Made by a program: the position numbers and the translations under genes
Shown here: piece after piece, positions 13,540 through 22,360 of the stretch
Numbering within the stretch: position 1 is the first letter of the stretch
How the letters are laid out: the number at the start of each line of letters is the position of its first letter
The notes under the pieces: generated by a model
Told to the model about the DNA's origin: nothing
What the model saw: only the letters and a program-made list of their open reading frames with translations
Databases searched by the model: none
IMG/VR virus record: IMGVR_UViG_3300008452_005759
Length of the DNA stretch: 29,552 bases
Reading direction: 5' to 3' (one strand)
From: a virus

Positions 13540-15141
13540 GTGCTTTTCAATCAAATACAATTGGGTTTCCCAGCAATCTGGGTAAAGACCTTAGATTCAT
13601 ATCGACTAGAAGAAAATATACTTGCTTTAGATAAGCGTACATATTTTACAATTAACAAAGACGGCTTTAGCCAATTTGTTGACAATCAATGGAAGCCTGT
13701 TCTTGTAGCAATTGATAGTCCCGAAGACAGTAATCAGAAAATCTATAAGACTACTTCTGATATTTCTTTAGCATTCGATTACATGCTAAACACAGATTCT
13801 TTAAAGTCTGTTCAAAAAACTTTCATCAATCATTTTCTTGGTGATCCTGCGAACTTCTTTATGATGTTCGGTGGTCTTATTTCTTCACTACATTCTGAAT
13901 ATCGAACATCTTTTAAGACTGATAACTTGGAATCGATGCCTCTTCAGATGATAGTTATTTCTCATTTAGATCCTCCAGAGCAGATAGCTCATTTATTCCA
14001 TGTTGCAGAAGAGTCTTATCCAAACATGGAAGAGCTTAAATCTATCCTTTACCATATACATACTTCAACTAACGGCGAAGTCATTAATCCAGAGCTTGCA
14101 GATGAAATCGCAAAAGCTGGTCTTGGACTTAGCGAGTCTAAGTTTGTTAACTTGTGTCTTCTTTCTGTTCTTGAAAAAGGCACAGTTGATTCATCTTTTA
14201 TCTATGGAGAAAAGATGGCTAACGTTAAGAAGAATGGAATTCTCGAGATTATAAAGCCTAAGACCACTTTTGATAATATTGGTGGTCTTGACAACATTAA
14301 GAATGTTATTTTTAATAATCTTTATTTTTGGAACAATCCCCAAGAAGCAGAGAAGTTTGGCATTCAGCCTATCCGTCGCATTCTTACCGTTGGCATTCCT
14401 GGTACCGGTAAGTCTGCTATTTGTGAGGCTACTGCCAATGCGTTAGGTTTGGATCTTGCACGTACTGGCGTTAGCCAAGTTATGAATTCTTTCATTGGCC
14501 AGTCAGAACAGAATATGCGTGCCGTTTTCCAGCAAATTAAAGTTATGGCTCCATTGTGTGTTTGGATTGACGAGTTCGGTCGTGATATGTCTGGTGGTCA
14601 GAGTTCTTCTCATGTTGACGGTGGCACAACTGACCGTGTTCATGGTGAGTTTCTAACTGGTCTACAGGAACTTCCTGACAATGTATTCTTGATGTGTGCT
14701 GCTAACCAACTCAATCATCTTAAGCCAGAGATGCTTCGTGCAGAACGTTTCGACAAGATCTTCTTTGTTGGTTTACCTTCTTTTGAAGAGCGTGTTGAAA
14801 TTGTCAAGATTTATCTCCCTGAAGATACTTTTAATTATGAGGCTATTGCTAAAGCCACTAAGTATTTTACTGGTGCAGAGATAAAGTCCCTTATTAAAGA
14901 AGTTAAATTTAATATTGTAAGCTCTGAGCGTCGCTATCTTAATACTAAAGATGTTATTACTGCTGCTCCCAACATGCGTAACATTCTTTGGAATAAAGAA
15001 AGAGAAATGATTAAAGATCTCTATAGGCATGCCTATGAGAACTGGGACTGGGCTTCCAGCTTTCAATATAATGAAATAGATGATATACTAGGTAATTCTA
15101 AGTCTATCCAAAAAGATTCAGTTTGGTCAGTGAAAGGTTAG
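13540..15141 (+). CDS. Classical-clade AAA+ ATPase (Cdc48/FtsH/proteasomal-ATPase-like unfoldase)
   Basis: GTG start 5 nt after GGAG. The track start at 13294 overlaps the Ubl gene and crosses the terminator. Motifs: FDNIGGLDNIK, Walker A GIPGTGKS, Walker B CVWIDEF, and second region of homology AANQLNHLKPEMLRAERFDK. The N-terminal ~235 aa show a lid-like motif (PNMEELKSILYHIH...GLSESKFVNLC), suggesting a degenerate first AAA tier. Confidence 0.85.
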   Translation: MLFNQIQLGFPAIWVKTLDSYRLEENILALDKRTYFTINKDGFSQFVDNQWKPVLVAIDSPEDSNQKIYKTTSDISLAFDYMLNTDSLKSVQKTFINHFLGDPANFFMMFGGLISSLHSEYRTSFKTDNLESMPLQMIVISHLDPPEQIAHLFHVAEESYPNMEELKSILYHIHTSTNGEVINPELADEIAKAGLGLSESKFVNLCLLSVLEKGTVDSSFIYGEKMANVKKNGILEIIKPKTTFDNIGGLDNIKNVIFNNLYFWNNPQEAEKFGIQPIRRILTVGIPGTGKSAICEATANALGLDLARTGVSQVMNSFIGQSEQNMRAVFQQIKVMAPLCVWIDEFGRDMSGGQSSSHVDGGTTDRVHGEFLTGLQELPDNVFLMCAANQLNHLKPEMLRAERFDKIFFVGLPSFEERVEIVKIYLPEDTFNYEAIAKATKYFTGAEIKSLIKEVKFNIVSSERRYLNTKDVITAAPNMRNILWNKEREMIKDLYRHAYENWDWASSFQYNEIDDILGNSKSIQKDSVWSVKG

Positions 15142-15146
15142 TAAAC

Positions 15147-15764
15147 ATGTCATTTAATGATGAACTAAACGAAATACTAGATGGTTTTGGTGCAGATACT
15201 ACTTCTGATGATAAACCTAAGTATTCAAATAATTTATACAAGAAGTGGTTTCGCTCAAAAAGTCAGAGCGGATTCCTTTCTATTCGTCCTTGGTTTCAAG
15301 GAATGAAGTTTAATATTGACATTGGCAAAACTTCTGCTGATGGTAAACTTGAAAGTTCTACCAACTGTTTTGTTGATGCAGTAGATTTTGCTGCATATAC
15401 TAAAGCTATTGTTCATAATGTTGCTGTTCACAATTTTCCTGCAAACGAAAGATTAGGAATTTCTACTCCTGAGTCTTTTGTTTCCTATGGTGGCGGCAAT
15501 ATTAATGGTCAACCAGTTAGTAGGATCTTTAAAGCTCAATACTGGCAGTCGGGTGATAATGTTGACTCTTCTGCTTTTATTTGGAAGACTGGACATTTTA
15601 AAGCTCGCAAGTCTGATACTGGCGCTTTTATTCCAGATATGAAGTCTCCAATATCTGTTGATTCTATTAAAGTAACCAGACAAGATATTGTTACCATATC
15701 TTATCTTCTTGACCTTTCTCTTACTTCTCACGTCTCAAACAATGTTGATTGGTATGAAATCTAA
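15147..15764 (+). CDS. Hypothetical protein
   Basis: First ATG after the AAA+ stop. 205 aa, no recognisable motif. Confidence 0.55.
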   Translation: MSFNDELNEILDGFGADTTSDDKPKYSNNLYKKWFRSKSQSGFLSIRPWFQGMKFNIDIGKTSADGKLESSTNCFVDAVDFAAYTKAIVHNVAVHNFPANERLGISTPESFVSYGGGNINGQPVSRIFKAQYWQSGDNVDSSAFIWKTGHFKARKSDTGAFIPDMKSPISVDSIKVTRQDIVTISYLLDLSLTSHVSNNVDWYEI

Positions 15765-16165
15765 TGTCTGATGATAACAAGGAAAACCAAGAAGATCTTT
15801 TTCTATTTGGAGATGTTACTGATTTTGATCTTTTTAAAGCTCAAGTTCAAACTATCTTTATTACACTTTCCAATGAAATTGAAAAAAGATTAAAAGAAAA
15901 AGACGAGCAGATTGAAAAGATACAAGAACAATTCGCTTTGTTATTTGCTGGCTATGCAGAGCAAGCTTCTGTAATAGAGAATATTCTTGTTACCTTTTTA
16001 TCAGACGATCCAGAAAAAGAAAAAAGATTTAGAGAGAATTTATCTGAATCTAGAAAACAGTTTCTGGAAATGCTAAAAGAAGGAGCTGAAGATGTATTGG
16101 CTAGAGAAGATCCAAACCTTGCCGCAGCCGTTACCGACGTGGTTGACAAAAAGCTATCTAACTGA
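15764..16165 (+). CDS. Hypothetical acidic coiled-coil protein
   Basis: TAATG coupling. 133 aa, E/K-rich and helical-looking. Confidence 0.6.
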   Translation: MSDDNKENQEDLFLFGDVTDFDLFKAQVQTIFITLSNEIEKRLKEKDEQIEKIQEQFALLFAGYAEQASVIENILVTFLSDDPEKEKRFRENLSESRKQFLEMLKEGAEDVLAREDPNLAAAVTDVVDKKLSN

Positions 16166-16367
16166 ACCAGTAAATAATACTTCTGTTTTATTTGTTCAAA
16201 AAGAATATCTTACATATCTATCCAATACTTATTATCTGTCTCAGATATACTCATTAGCTAAAGACATGCATTCTGATATTCTGTCTTTGCATCTGTCCTC
16301 TTTGTCTTTTTATGATCTATTAAAAGACAACAAAATCCAATTTGAATCAGTTCAGGTAAACTTATGA
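16092..16367 (+). CDS. Possible hypothetical protein overlapping the upstream gene by 74 nt
   Basis: AAGGAG lies 6 nt upstream of the ATG at 16092. Without this gene there would be a 198-nt gap in a very dense region. Confidence 0.35.
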   Translation: MYWLEKIQTLPQPLPTWLTKSYLTEPVNNTSVLFVQKEYLTYLSNTYYLSQIYSLAKDMHSDILSLHLSSLSFYDLLKDNKIQFESVQVNL

Positions 16368-17026
16368 CCATATTATTTAAAAGTCTTGATCATGAACAAA
16401 TCAAGTCTTATGTTATTCAATCGTTCTCTTCTTCTAATGAACGTTTTCATCCCTACAATTATTATTTAGCTCATTTGTTGGCACGGAAAAAGAACGCAGA
16501 TCTAAAACACTATGTTTCTTTAGACAGCACTTCTGTTTCTCCTTCTTCTTATTCTTTTTTATTTGATAATTTATCTCAAGAAGATAAGAACTTTGCGATT
16601 GATTATTACAATCAAACTACTTCTTCTTTTGATTCTTCTGATCTTTTATATCTTTATCATGGCTCAAGTTCAGCTATATTTTCTAATATCTTTCTAGATA
16701 TACTGCCAAGCGATTTTAATCATTTGTATTTTTATTTAATTGAAAACAACTTGCTTAAAAAAATCGGTACCAATCTTGGAAAAGCTCATATCTTTTCTTC
16801 TCAAATTGCATATCATGATTTTTCCACATTTACTAGTGCCGGATCTTTTACTTCTTATACTGAAGCAGTAGACGCTATGGTAAATGAAATGTCTGATTTG
16901 AAGAAAGATATATCACATCTTCTTTATCTTTTGGATCAAAAAGATATAGATATTCTTAATCTTGAGAATAAGATTACTGAACTTAATCACAGAAATTATA
17001 TTTCTTCTACTTTTACGTGGTCTTGA
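16364..17026 (+). CDS. Hypothetical protein
   Basis: ATGA overlap. 220 aa. Confidence 0.55.
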   Translation: MTILFKSLDHEQIKSYVIQSFSSSNERFHPYNYYLAHLLARKKNADLKHYVSLDSTSVSPSSYSFLFDNLSQEDKNFAIDYYNQTTSSFDSSDLLYLYHGSSSAIFSNIFLDILPSDFNHLYFYLIENNLLKKIGTNLGKAHIFSSQIAYHDFSTFTSAGSFTSYTEAVDAMVNEMSDLKKDISHLLYLLDQKDIDILNLENKITELNHRNYISSTFTWS

Positions 17027-17027
17027 T

Positions 17028-17726
17028 ATGCCTCATCAACATGAACAATTGTCCATCGAAGATCTTCTTGCTTCGCTCACTGCTCTTAATCCAGATTCTG
17101 ATTTAAACAAAGTCAAATCAAAACTTTACGCTGGTAAATTAAAAATAACTAATGAGGTTCCAATGGAAAATCCTTTTGAATCAGATATTTCTGACACAGA
17201 AAGGGCTATGCTTATAATTAACAATACTGTCAGAGATATTGTTGATCTTCCTGCGTGCGTTCATTTTACCAATTCTTCTTCTCCTAATATTGGAAAAGAT
17301 TACAGATTTGCCAATATGGCACCTATGCATAATTGTTCAAATGGTAAAATGCATGCTGATCCCAACGCTGCTAATGTTTGTCCAACAATTACTAATCAAA
17401 GTTCTTGCTTTGGTTACTCAATGGACTTTTCTATACTTTCTAAGTACGATCATAATTCTATCTTTTATTATTTAATTCGCTATCGCAAAATCACTGGTTC
17501 TATTTCTTATTTAATAGCTGATTCAAACGGAAGCGTTTATCAAACTATTTCTCATGATTCTTCTTTATCATCTAAAGAAAATGATTTTGATAACGACGCA
17601 ATTAATGTATTTACTTCTTATGTTTCTGATTTAACTTTAAATTCTTCATTTGATTTAGACTTTCCTGTATCAGAAAAACAACAAGAAGAAAAACCTTCTT
17701 CCTATCTCTCTTACATTTTAGGATAG
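17028..17726 (+). CDS. Hypothetical protein
   Basis: The ATG lies 1 nt after the upstream stop. The track start at 16962 is an upstream alternative codon. Confidence 0.55.
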   Translation: MPHQHEQLSIEDLLASLTALNPDSDLNKVKSKLYAGKLKITNEVPMENPFESDISDTERAMLIINNTVRDIVDLPACVHFTNSSSPNIGKDYRFANMAPMHNCSNGKMHADPNAANVCPTITNQSSCFGYSMDFSILSKYDHNSIFYYLIRYRKITGSISYLIADSNGSVYQTISHDSSLSSKENDFDNDAINVFTSYVSDLTLNSSFDLDFPVSEKQQEEKPSSYLSYILG

Positions 17727-17727
17727 T

Positions 17728-18972
17728 ATGTATACTTATACTTTTTATTCTCACCCTTATCTATTCGGTTATTTTGTTCGTTCTGCTGAACCGTTTGGTA
17801 ACGAATATCATTTTCATGTTGCTGCTACTATTTCTGATACATCTTCTATTCCGCCTAATGTAACTCGTGAAAAGTTTCTTCAAGGCGACTACGATAAAAC
17901 TAATTTTAAAGATCTACTTCCTATGGCTGTTAGATCTACTTTTTCTTCTCTTGATAAAAACTACTATTTGGTTGAAAGACCACCTTTTCAATCCAAAATT
18001 GATTATTCTAAAAACCAGTCTTATTATGTTCGCAAACCTGATAAGACTATACAAGGTAAAGATATGTGGATTCCATGGACTGCTATGCTAATTAGCGTTC
18101 CAAAGGATTGTACTTATTTTAATCAAATAACTTTTAACTTGTATTTTAATGACGCTCCTATTTCTTCTGATGAAGATTTCTTAATTAATTCATTTTTTCC
18201 TAATTCTTCTAACGGTAGTGGCACTCTTTGTATAGGCTCTACTCTTTCTAATATAACTTTTGATCAACCTAATCCTTCTATTAAGGAAATAGTAAATATT
18301 ATTTATAATGATTATTTTTCTGGTGGTTGGAACTCAGACATTTCTAATCACATAAGATATAACAAAGCTATGCTCCCTGCTCTTGAGCGTTTAGAATTAA
18401 ACGATTCCAAGAATTATCAGAAGACTGATCTTCCTAGTATAAAGCATTCTCTTTTAAGATCTTCTGAAGATCATGCTACTGTTTCTACTTATAATACTAA
18501 TTATGTACAGTTTTTTTATTGTTACTCAGAAATGACATTTGAAGAAACAATGAATTATTTTAATATAATGAAACAAGCCCATATTAGCGGAGTTGCTCCT
18601 GTTCCTGTTACTTCTATTAGTTCTATGTCAGATGGTATTGATCGCAATTCTTCTTCTTTAAGAACTTCTTTATTTTCACAAGATTTGTCAAGAGATGCAA
18701 ATGTAGCTTTTGGTTGTATTGCTATTAATGATCTTATTTCTAAGAATCATATTACTGCAACTTGCAATGTTGTCATATCTGATTACGATCCTAAGACTTC
18801 TGACTTTTATTCTTATATAAGGCATCCTCAGATTATTTCAGATGTTTTTTCTCGTATAACACTTTTGCTATCCGACAGAGGCAATCCTGCATATTCTTTC
18901 CCTTACCGTTTAGACTACAGCACTAAAGATCTATTTAATAATACTGGAGATATTTATGCAGATGCCTTCTGA
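17728..18972 (+). CDS. Hypothetical protein with E2/UBC-like core motif (paralog A)
   Basis: YYLVERPPF...MWIPWTAMLISV...ITFNLYFNDAPISSDEDFLINSFFPNSSNGSGTLCIGS, with the Cys codon at 18229-18231. It shares the ERPP / IPW / (F/Y).N...LC order with the next gene. Confidence 0.35.
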   Translation: MYTYTFYSHPYLFGYFVRSAEPFGNEYHFHVAATISDTSSIPPNVTREKFLQGDYDKTNFKDLLPMAVRSTFSSLDKNYYLVERPPFQSKIDYSKNQSYYVRKPDKTIQGKDMWIPWTAMLISVPKDCTYFNQITFNLYFNDAPISSDEDFLINSFFPNSSNGSGTLCIGSTLSNITFDQPNPSIKEIVNIIYNDYFSGGWNSDISNHIRYNKAMLPALERLELNDSKNYQKTDLPSIKHSLLRSSEDHATVSTYNTNYVQFFYCYSEMTFEETMNYFNIMKQAHISGVAPVPVTSISSMSDGIDRNSSSLRTSLFSQDLSRDANVAFGCIAINDLISKNHITATCNVVISDYDPKTSDFYSYIRHPQIISDVFSRITLLLSDRGNPAYSFPYRLDYSTKDLFNNTGDIYADAF

Positions 18973-20197
18973 TTTGATAAGAAGCCATTTATATTCTAAA
19001 GGAATTCCTACAAACGATTATATAGTTGTTGAATCTTTTAGTCACGACTATTTTCTAAGAAGTATAAAAAATGCAATAGCTAATGAATTAGAGTATTCAC
19101 AACCATACTCTTATTTAAGCGTTGTTACAAATGGAGTTACTTCAACTTTAGAAGATGTTACTTTACAGAATTATTTTGATATATTTTCTTGTTTAGCTCC
19201 TGCAGACTATTCTACTAATCCTTCTGTTATATTTCCTGGCATTAGATATATATCAGATACTATCTTGATATTTGAACGCCCTCCTACTATGAAGCCTTAT
19301 TCTTACAGTAATGCTTATAGAGAATCTATTACTGACGAAACACGTAGCCAAGAATTTTATATACCAATTCCTTGGCAAGTTTACATATGCTCTTTTGATC
19401 CTCGCGAAATGAGATTGCTTAATGCTAAAATGCTTTTTGCAAATTCTTCTCTTTCTTCGTTTGAAGACAACGTTTATGCTCCTCCTCTTTTAAACTTTTA
19501 CTCAAACGCCAACCTCTGCAGACCTTTCTTTGAGTCTATGGACGATATAGAAAAATATCCAAAAACTTATAGTGGAATTATGGCTTCTGCTTATGATTGG
19601 ATTTGGAACTCTGGTACCAATCTTGATATTACTGAGAATATTTCTGAGTTTTTAAGACTAAAGAAATACGAACAGTTTAAGCCTTATTGTATTCAAAATC
19701 CAGATGTTTCTTCTTATTACAATTTGCTTGCATCTAGTAACATATCTTCTAATCCTACTTCTCTTCATTATAAACTTGTTAAATCTTATTTCACTTGCTT
19801 AGAGCAGGTTCCTCTTGAAGAGATTGTAAATTTTGATTGGACTAATCCTACTGTAGAAGATTTTTATTATCAAGAAAATCATAATTCTTTATCTACAATT
19901 ATTGAATCTTTTGCTGATGAACACAATTTTATTATTCACGAGCACAACTTTGATCAAGAAGAACATGACGACGATTGTCCTGAAGAGTGCATATATCGCG
20001 ATGATGTTCCTCATCTTGATGGTTATAATCAGTATTATCAAGATCGTATGAATTTTCAGCCATCGCCAAAGGATCTTCGATTCTGTGCTCTTCAATCTGT
20101 ACTTTATCTTGTGCGTCAAGGATTTTACAAATCTTTTTCTAAAGAGTCACAAATGAACAAGATTTATTCTACTGCTCTTAGTGTCATCAATAGTTAA
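18956..20197 (+). CDS. Hypothetical protein with E2/UBC-like core motif (paralog B)
   Basis: GGAGA SD. ILIFERPPT...YIPIPWQVYICSF...MLFANSS...VYAPPLLNFYSNANLCRPFF, with the Cys codon at 19517-19519. The C-terminal part is acidic and His-rich (HEHNFDQEEHDDDCPEEC). Confidence 0.35.
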   Translation: MQMPSDLIRSHLYSKGIPTNDYIVVESFSHDYFLRSIKNAIANELEYSQPYSYLSVVTNGVTSTLEDVTLQNYFDIFSCLAPADYSTNPSVIFPGIRYISDTILIFERPPTMKPYSYSNAYRESITDETRSQEFYIPIPWQVYICSFDPREMRLLNAKMLFANSSLSSFEDNVYAPPLLNFYSNANLCRPFFESMDDIEKYPKTYSGIMASAYDWIWNSGTNLDITENISEFLRLKKYEQFKPYCIQNPDVSSYYNLLASSNISSNPTSLHYKLVKSYFTCLEQVPLEEIVNFDWTNPTVEDFYYQENHNSLSTIIESFADEHNFIIHEHNFDQEEHDDDCPEECIYRDDVPHLDGYNQYYQDRMNFQPSPKDLRFCALQSVLYLVRQGFYKSFSKESQMNKIYSTALSVINS

Positions 20198-20206
20198 TGC
20201 TTCTCC

Positions 20207-20241
20207 TTGACATCTATATACCTTTTTGGTAATATATAGAT
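20207..20241 (+). promoter_or_regulatory. Sigma-70-like promoter with overlapping inverted-repeat operator
   Basis: TTGACA (20207-20212), a 17-nt spacer, then TAATAT (20230-20235). The perfect 9-bp inverted repeat ATCTATATA (20212-20220) / TATATAGAT (20233-20241) spans the spacer and the -10. Confidence 0.6.
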
Positions 20242-20271
20242 ATATAAACTTTAAAAAAGGTAAAACCTAAA

Positions 20272-20583
20272 ATGTCAAAAAGAAAATCATCACAACCTCA
20301 TTTTAATAGATCAGAGGTTGCAAAGATTCTAAATGTATCCACTCTTACCATTGCAAACAGAGAAAAGACTAAGAAGTATCCTGATCCCAAAAGAGATATG
20401 AATAACTATAGGATTTACAGTATTAATGATGTTATGAATCTTCAATTGATAACATATAATCACATTGATACAAAGCCAATAATATCTATTCTTTATGATA
20501 AAGGATACAGAGATACTAAGTATCTTGGCGAAATAATTGATGAAGCTATGTCTTCGAGAGTTGGTTCAAATGTCAGAAGATAA
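20272..20583 (+). CDS. MerR/excisionase-type helix-turn-helix DNA-binding protein
   Basis: FNRSEVAKILNVSTLTIANREKTKKYPDPKRDMNNYRIYSINDVMNL fits the MerR-superfamily HTH plus wing pattern (EvA..l.Vs..Ti..w......p.r....R.Ys..dv..l). Confidence 0.6.
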   Translation: MSKRKSSQPHFNRSEVAKILNVSTLTIANREKTKKYPDPKRDMNNYRIYSINDVMNLQLITYNHIDTKPIISILYDKGYRDTKYLGEIIDEAMSSRVGSNVRR

Positions 20584-20803
20584 TAATTTTCAGTATAATC
20601 AACAGAATACAAATCCATTTGTTGAAGAAGTTTCAGACTATGTTTCAACTGATGTAATTACTGATCTTAAGTCAGGAATATACAATCTTTTTCTTAGTCT
20701 ACTTAACAACCTTATGGTACAATATGGCCCTATAGAAGCTGTGAAAATTTCAACAGAGTTTATAGATACAATATCAGATACATTTAAAAAAACCCTAGAA
20801 TAA
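20570..20803 (+). CDS. Hypothetical protein
   Basis: The internal ATG gives a 14-nt overlap with the upstream gene. The start is uncertain; the track start is 20537. Confidence 0.45.
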   Translation: MSEDNNFQYNQQNTNPFVEEVSDYVSTDVITDLKSGIYNLFLSLLNNLMVQYGPIEAVKISTEFIDTISDTFKKTLE

Positions 20804-20816
20804 TTGGAGAAATAAA

Positions 20817-21239
20817 ATGATAGACCCACGCAATACTGTAATTCTTACAGCTGGAATAATTTCAGATCCAGAACTTGTTGCAAATGGAAACATTGCAAAG
20901 TTCAGAATTGCTGTTGATTACGCAGGAAGCGAAAAGGGCGCTGGAGCATCCAGTGGCTACTTTGATGTAGTTTACTATCTTAAGGATGGCTCTGAGCCAG
21001 CTTCTAAGAACGCTTCATTCGTTATCTCACAGCTTCAGAACAATAAGATGAAAAAGGGCTCACAGGTTCAGCTTGTTGGCCGTCTTGTTCAGGAGCGTTG
21101 GCAGCAGGATGGCCAGAACCGTTCTAAGACAGTAGTTGTTGCAGAAGCAGTGACATATGCTGGATCTAACTTCCAGAAGTCATCTGATGCTCCAGCATCT
21201 ACTTCTCAGCCTTCCACATCTATCCCGGATGAGTTCTGA
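20817..21239 (+). CDS. ssb: Single-stranded DNA-binding protein
   Basis: GGAGA SD. OB-fold-like N-terminus (NTVILTAGIISDPEL...AKFRIAV...VQLVGRLVQERWQQDGQNRSKTVVVAEAV), a Ser/Pro-rich tail and the acidic tip IPDEF. Visibly GC-enriched codon usage. Confidence 0.85.
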   Translation: MIDPRNTVILTAGIISDPELVANGNIAKFRIAVDYAGSEKGAGASSGYFDVVYYLKDGSEPASKNASFVISQLQNNKMKKGSQVQLVGRLVQERWQQDGQNRSKTVVVAEAVTYAGSNFQKSSDAPASTSQPSTSIPDEF

Positions 21240-21981
21240 TTTTAATCCGTCTTTAGTAGACTCTTTAATAGAAGAAGCTTTATCTTCCCCTAAGGCACCA
21301 GACCGTTCTTATGGTCATTTGGGCTTTATGGAGGGAGATATTGTTTCTTCTATTTTTTCTGCTATTCAAGATAGAGTTCCTAATGAAACTTTTCTTAAAA
21401 TAGTCAAAGAGTCTAGAGAAAACTATACTTCCTACATTGTTCCACAAAAGATAACTGATTTACATACAGTTACTCACAACTGTAGAAAGTGTAGTTTTTC
21501 TGGTATAAATCCTGCTCTTCCAAAATGGAATGTTCACAATCCAGATGTTTTGTTTATATTAGAAACTTCTAATATTGATCAGAATTCTTCTGCTCTGTTT
21601 ATTTCAGCTTTAAAAGAAGCAGGGTTTAAGTCTGAAAATGTTTGTCTTACATATCTTTTAAGATGCCCTACTAAAGACATTCAAGAACAATACATAGACA
21701 ATTGTAAATCTTATCTCCATCAAGAAATTCAAATAATGAATCCTAAACTTATTTGTCCTATTGGTGGAACAGTTTTATCATCTTTGTTTGGCACTGATGT
21801 AAAACTAAAAGAATACAAAAGTAAAGTTACTTGGCTAGGATCTTGGCCAATTTATCCACTTTATTCTTTAGCATATATTAATAAAGCCGGTGAATCAGCG
21901 TTAGCTGATTTTAAGGCAGATATGAACCAAGCGTACCAATTTTGCTATAAGAAAGTAGCTAATAATGAATCAGATAAATGA
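21229..21981 (+). CDS. Uracil-DNA glycosylase superfamily protein (family-4-like, divergent motifs)
   Basis: The ATG overlaps the ssb end. CRKCSFSG...PDVLFILETSN...LLRCPT...CKSYLHQEIQIMNPKLICPIGGTVLSSLFG follows the order of family-4 UDG motifs, including four Cys. The usual GE(A/G)PG is replaced by LETSN. Confidence 0.55.
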   Translation: MSSDFNPSLVDSLIEEALSSPKAPDRSYGHLGFMEGDIVSSIFSAIQDRVPNETFLKIVKESRENYTSYIVPQKITDLHTVTHNCRKCSFSGINPALPKWNVHNPDVLFILETSNIDQNSSALFISALKEAGFKSENVCLTYLLRCPTKDIQEQYIDNCKSYLHQEIQIMNPKLICPIGGTVLSSLFGTDVKLKEYKSKVTWLGSWPIYPLYSLAYINKAGESALADFKADMNQAYQFCYKKVANNESDK

Positions 21982-22339
21982 TTACATTGATGATCTTGAT
22001 TTAACTTCTGATCAAGACCTTGACTCTTTTAAACAGTTAGTTATTGCTGACATTAAGGGTTCTATTTCTGAGGAAGAAAAAATACATCTTCTTAATAATC
22101 TTGCTCTTTGGAATTACAATTTGCAGACTTTAAGAAGAGACATGGAACTTCAACTTTCTTGTCAGAAGTCCAAAATAAAAATGCAGGTAGCAAACTTTGA
22201 TCAAATGTCTGAACATGAAAAGTCTCAGACTAAATTGTTCATCAATGATCAACATAAGTGGCGTATGTCTGCATTAAAATTTCTCTCTAACATTGAGCGT
22301 AAAGCTTTATATGTCAAGATGCTATTGACAAATAGCTAG
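21965..22339 (+). CDS. Hypothetical protein
   Basis: 124 aa; overlaps the upstream gene by 17 nt. Confidence 0.5.
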   Translation: MNQINDYIDDLDLTSDQDLDSFKQLVIADIKGSISEEEKIHLLNNLALWNYNLQTLRRDMELQLSCQKSKIKMQVANFDQMSEHEKSQTKLFINDQHKWRMSALKFLSNIERKALYVKMLLTNS

Positions 22340-22354
22340 TTATTCTGTTATGGT
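22325..22354 (+). promoter_or_regulatory. Promoter-like element positioned for a leaderless transcript of the 22361 gene
   Basis: TTGACA (22325-22330), an 18-nt spacer, then TATGGT (22349-22354, TANNNT type). The A of the ATG at 22361 is 7 nt downstream of the -10, and there is no SD. Confidence 0.4.
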
Positions 22355-22360
22355 ATACAT

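Noticed and set aside
14000-15066. ORFs 14000-14254 (+), 14696-14884 (+) and 14773-15066 (-) inside the AAA+ gene
   Set aside because: They overlap a gene with unambiguous Walker A, Walker B and SRH motifs in another frame. They have no start signals.
17239-18091. Alternative-frame + ORFs 17239-17475 and 17867-18091
   Set aside because: They are L/I/F-rich shadow frames inside longer genes in an AT-rich sequence.
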